Assembly: GCA_950097015.1 (NCBI GenBank) | Contig: CATNEN010000002.1 | Coordinates: forward strand, 4,960,001-5,024,000 | Reading direction: 5' to 3' | Length of the DNA stretch: 64,000 nucleotides | Source of the DNA: Macrostomum hystrix | Taxonomy: Eukaryota; Animalia; Platyhelminthes | In this document: one piece after another, positions 60,154 to 64,000 of the stretch | How positions within the stretch are numbered: the stretch's first letter is position 1 | Layout: each line of letters starts with the position of its first letter | Made by a program: the position numbers and the translations under genes | The notes under the pieces: model-generated | Database searches by the model: none | What the model was told of the DNA's origin: nothing | The model's input: the letters and a program-made list of their open reading frames with translations, nothing else

Positions 60154-62649
60154 CGCGCACCAGGGGATTCAGCGACTCCACGGACAATAATTTGGTGAAC
60201 TCGGTCATCTTGTTCTCAACTGTGCGCATGTCAATGAAGGTCATGAGCAGGCGCGGGTACATCTGCATTGCCTCGGCCACGCCAAACTTGTAGGCCAGGT
60301 ATTTCTTAAGCAGCTGCGAGTACACTGACTGGGCTTCGTCGATGGCGCCGCGTACACTGGCCGGCATCGTGTCGGAGTTGAACAACTTCAAAGCCAGCAA
60401 CAGCATCTTGACCAGGTCGTCACGCCTGCTGTGCCGCTCCAGCTGAGCATAGACATTGTCTGTGTTGGCCCGGTACTGCTCAAGGTCGGCCGGGGTCAGA
60501 TCGCTTACGTCTGGTCGCATCTCTATGATGGCTGACACTGACGCTGCCAGCTCCTGCATCAGCGACAGCCCGCCGCCACCGCCTCCGCCAAACTGGGACT
60601 CAGCATTGTTGAAAAATGAAGAGTAGAGAATTACCAGGCCGTAGATGTTCACCTGGATTCAAGGAGGAATTAACGTTGGGATCAATTGATTCAAAAAAGC
60701 CAAATAATTTACTCAATGTATATGTAAGATCAAAGTTTGAGATTGAATTACACCTAAGAATATTAGAGACTAGAGAACTCACACCTGAGGAACTAGGGGA
60801 TCTGAGAACTCACACCTGAGGAACTAGGGGATCTGAGAACTCACACCTGAGGAACTAGGGGATCTGAGAACTCACACCTGAGGAACTAGGGGATCTGAGA
60901 ACTCACACCTGAGGAACTAGGGGATCTGAAAACTCACACCTGAGGAACTAGGGGATCTGGGAACTCACACCTGAGGAACTAGGGGATCTGAGAACTCAGA
61001 CTTGGGGAATAAGGGCATTAAACAAATTAGAGTTTAGAGTTTCTGGGTAGCATGATTAATTTATTTACCTTCAGCATGAGAATCTGGGAATCCTTCTCCA
61101 CATCGGAGAAGATGGGAATGAGCTTCACCACGGAGATGATGCGCCGAATGCATGCGTCCATCTGGTTAAAGGCCTGCTCCAGGCGGCCGACGCCGTCTTT
61201 CCTGTCGCCGCCGGTCGCCGAGTTAGATGCGGCCGAGCCTAGAGTCTCCCTGGCCCGACTAAGCGCCTCGCCCAGGCTGGCAAGGCACTCCTGGTCCGTC
61301 GGCGTTAGGTCGCGCGGCCATCGCCGACCGGCAGTGGTGGCAACAGACCACAGCGAGGCGAGCTCCGGCGGCTGCTGGGCATCGGCGGCCGACGTTGGAG
61401 ACGAACTGGATGGCGGAGAGGCGCAACGCTGCCGATGAAGCTGCTGAAGGTGCAGCTGCTGCTGATGATGAAGCTGGGAGCCGAACGATGGTGGGTCTAG
61501 GTCTACACAGGCCGCCTGCTGCTGCTGCTGTTGCTGGCCATTGTTAAGTCCGTGATGAGCGGCAGGCTGATGATGCTGGTATTGCAGCTGGTGCTGCTGC
61601 TGCTGCTGAGTATGATGATGTTGGCTACCGCTGCTGCTGCCTCTGGCTGCCCGCTTGGGCTGGGATGGCGCGCTGGCTGTGGCTGCAGAATTTTATCAGA
61701 GGAATGGAACTGTTTTGTACATGAGGCCAATAAGTTTATAATCACAATATCACGTGTCAGAAAAAAAGATACGTAAACTTAAATACACAGGTGTAAACTG
61801 TAATACACAGGTGTAAACTGAAATACACAGGTGTAAACTGTAATACACAGGTGTAAACTGAAATACACAGGTGTCAACTGTATTACACAGGTGTAAACTG
61901 TAATACACAACTTTAAACTGTAATACACAGGTTTAAACTGTAATACACAGGTGTAAACTGAAATACACAAGTGTAAACTGAAATACACAGGTGTCAACTG
62001 TATTACACAGGTGTAAACTGTAATACACAGGTTTAAACTGTAATACACAGGTGTAAACTGAAATACACAGGCGTAAACTGTAATACACAGGTGTAAACTG
62101 CAATATACAGCTGTGTAGACTGTAATACACAGGTGTAAACTGAAATACACAAGTGTAAACTGTAATACACAGGTGTAAACTGCAATATACAGGTGTAGAC
62201 TGTAATACACAGGTGTAAACTGCAATATACAGGTGTAGACTGTAATACACAGGTGTAAACTAGATTCGATCACTCACGCGACAGCGCAGCCGGCGTGCCC
62301 GAAGGCAAGTCGCTATTCTTGGCTCGCTTCTTGGGCTTGGCCCGCTGCTCCAGCTTCTCAGGCGGCAGGATGAGCTCCTTCTTCATGCCGACTCGGACGC
62401 ACTTCTCCAACCGGCATGTCGGGCAGTGCTTGCGCTGGGAGCCGCTGACGTCGCAGCCGCCGCCGCGCGAACAGGGCTTGATCTTCTCGCGGGCTTTTAA
62501 AGCGTTGCGCCTGAAGAAGGCCTTGCAGCTCTCGCAGGTCAGCCGGTCGAAGTTGTAGCCGGAGGCCGGATCGCCGCAGACGGCGCAGACCCGCTCGTCC
62601 TCGGGCAGGCCGGCTTTCCGACGGCGGGTGCGAACCACAGTGCTCAGGC
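60134..62649 (-). CDS. HR96: Nuclear hormone receptor, NR1J (HR96/DAF-12/NHR-8)-like; three 3' exons (~500 aa), 5' exon not identified
   Basis: Exons 62649-62278 (phase 1/1), 61682-61069 (phase 1/0) and 60652-60134 join in frame through GT-AG introns. C4 zinc fingers CAVCGDPASGYNFDRLTCESCKAFFRRNA (P-box CESCKA is NR1J-type) and CSRGGGC...CPTCRLEKCVRVGMKKELIL. Q/H-rich hinge; LBD signature IRRIISVVKLIPIFSDVEKDSQILMLK, LLLALKLFNSD and AF-2 LNPLVREV. Confidence 0.9.
60770..61000. repeat. 31-bp minisatellite (GAGAACTCACACCTGAGGAACTAGGGGATCT) in the last nuclear-receptor intron
   Basis: About 7 copies. Confidence 0.9.
61780..62260. repeat. 20-bp minisatellite (GTGTAAACTGTAATACACAG) in a nuclear-receptor intron
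   Basis: About 24 copies. Confidence 0.92.
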
Positions 62650-62687
62650 CTGCGGGACATTGTTAACGTGGCATTGCTTTTTTGAAG

Positions 62688-62858
62688 CCTAGAGGTTAGA
62701 TCTTCGGACTCACGACTTGAAGGTCGGGGGTTCGATTCCAAACAAGCTATTGGAACAATTTTAGACTTTAGTGAGACACTAAGCTCTACATTGCTTCAGG
62801 GGGTGAGTGGCAGAGCGGTCTAACGCGTTTGCTTTTGGTACTAAGGTCCCCGAGCTCC
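62688..62858 (+). mobile_element. SINE B (head + partial CORE) directly followed by a truncated SINE A head
   Basis: GGACTCACGACTTGAAGGTCGGGGGTTCGATTCC...GTGAGACACTAAGCTCTACATTGCTTCAG, then GGGGTGAGTGGCAGAGCGGTCTAACGCGTTTGC... Confidence 0.7.
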
Positions 62859-62861
62859 CAA

Positions 62862-64000
62862 GATCCCCTACAAGCTACTCTGATCCCATTCAAGCTAACC
62901 TGATCCCTACAAGCTAACCTGATCCCATTCAAGCTAACCTGATCCCTACAAGCTAACTTGATCCCTACAAGCTAACCTGATCCCATTCAAGCTAACCTGA
63001 TCCCTACAAGCTACTCTGATCCCATTCAAGCTACTCTGATCCCATTCAAGCTAACCTGATCCCTACAAGCTACTCTGATCCCATTCAAGCTAACCTGATC
63101 CCATTCAAGCTAACCTGATCCCTACAAGCTACTCTGATCCCATTCAAGCTAACCTGATCCCTACAAGCTACTCTGATCCCATTCAAGCTAACCTGATCCC
63201 TACAAGCTACTCTGATCCCATTCAAGCTAACCTGATCCCTACAAGCTACTCTGATCCCATTCAAGCTAACCTGATCCCTACAAGCTACTCTGATCCCATT
63301 CAAGCTAACCTGATCCCTACAAGCTAACCTGATCCCATTCAAGCTAACCTGATCCCTACAAGCTACTCTGATCCCATTCAAGCTAACCTGATCCCTACAA
63401 GCTAACCTGATCCCTACAAGCTAACCTGATCCCTACAAGCTACTCTGATCCCATTCAAGCTAACCTGATCCCTACAAGCTAACCTGATCCCTACAAGCTA
63501 CTCTGATCCCATTCAAGCTAACCTGATCCCTACAAGCTACTCTGATCCCATTCAAGCTAACCTGATCCCTACAAGCTACTCTGATCCCATTCAAGCTAAC
63601 CTGATCCCTACAAGCTACTCTGATCCCATTCAAGCTAACCTGATCCCTACAAGCTACTCTGATCCCATTCAAGCTAACCTGATCCCTACAAGCTACTCTG
63701 ATCCCATTCAAGCTAACCTAATCCCTACAAGCTACTCTGATCCCATTCAAGCTAACCTGATCCCTACAAGCTACTCTGATCCCATTCAAGCTAACCTGAT
63801 CCCTACAAGCTAACCTGATCCCATTCAAGCTAACCTGATCCCTACAAGCTAACCTGATCCCTACAAGCTAACCTGATCCCATTCAAGCTAACCTGATCCC
63901 TACAAGCTACTCTGATCCCATTCAAGCTACTCTGATCCCATTCAAGCTAACCTGATCCCTACAAGCTACTCTGATCCCATTCAAGCTAACCTGATCCCTA
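62862..64000. repeat. Dimeric minisatellite of alternating 19- and 20-bp monomers (GATCCCTACAAGCTACTCT / GATCCCATTCAAGCTAACCT), ~39-bp higher-order unit; runs off the window
   Basis: Read directly; source of the NGIRVACRDQVSL ORFs. Confidence 0.93.

Overview
This is eukaryotic (animal) genomic DNA. By my rough tally about 40% of the window (~26 kb) is private minisatellite arrays with 16-39 bp units. GC-rich poly-Q/A coding exons, short AT-rich splice signals, minisatellite-filled introns and tightly packed co-directional genes are most consistent with a Macrostomum-type free-living flatworm; this is inference, not proven. Six protein-coding genes are supported. (1) A minus-strand P-loop GTPase of ~1170 aa (septin/AIG1-like G domain) with two FN3 domains and an N-terminus that looks like a degenerate stonustoxin/MACPF-type module. 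(2) Intronless RPL31. (3) A two-exon SpoU-family rRNA methyltransferase (MRM1-like). (4) A three-exon orphan coiled-coil gene. Genes 2-4 may form a trans-spliced operon. (5) An intronless 1257-aa Ig-superfamily receptor (7 Ig + 1-2 FN3 + TM + PDZ-type tail; nephrin/echinoid-like). (6) The 3' three exons of an HR96/DAF-12 (NR1J)-type nuclear receptor, whose last codons and 3' flank hold eight perfect AGGTCA half-sites. Mobile elements are a Mutator-like MITE with a 9-bp TSD, a LOA/R1-like LINE 3' remnant and two tRNA-derived SINE families (one with a CORE-like domain). There is also a near-identical 2.4-2.6 kb tandem duplication. Almost all very long ORFs in the supplied track (e.g. 2649 aa at 39690) are satellite read-throughs. 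No CRISPR array, rRNA or intact tRNA was found. All domain calls are by eye and need HMM/structure confirmation.
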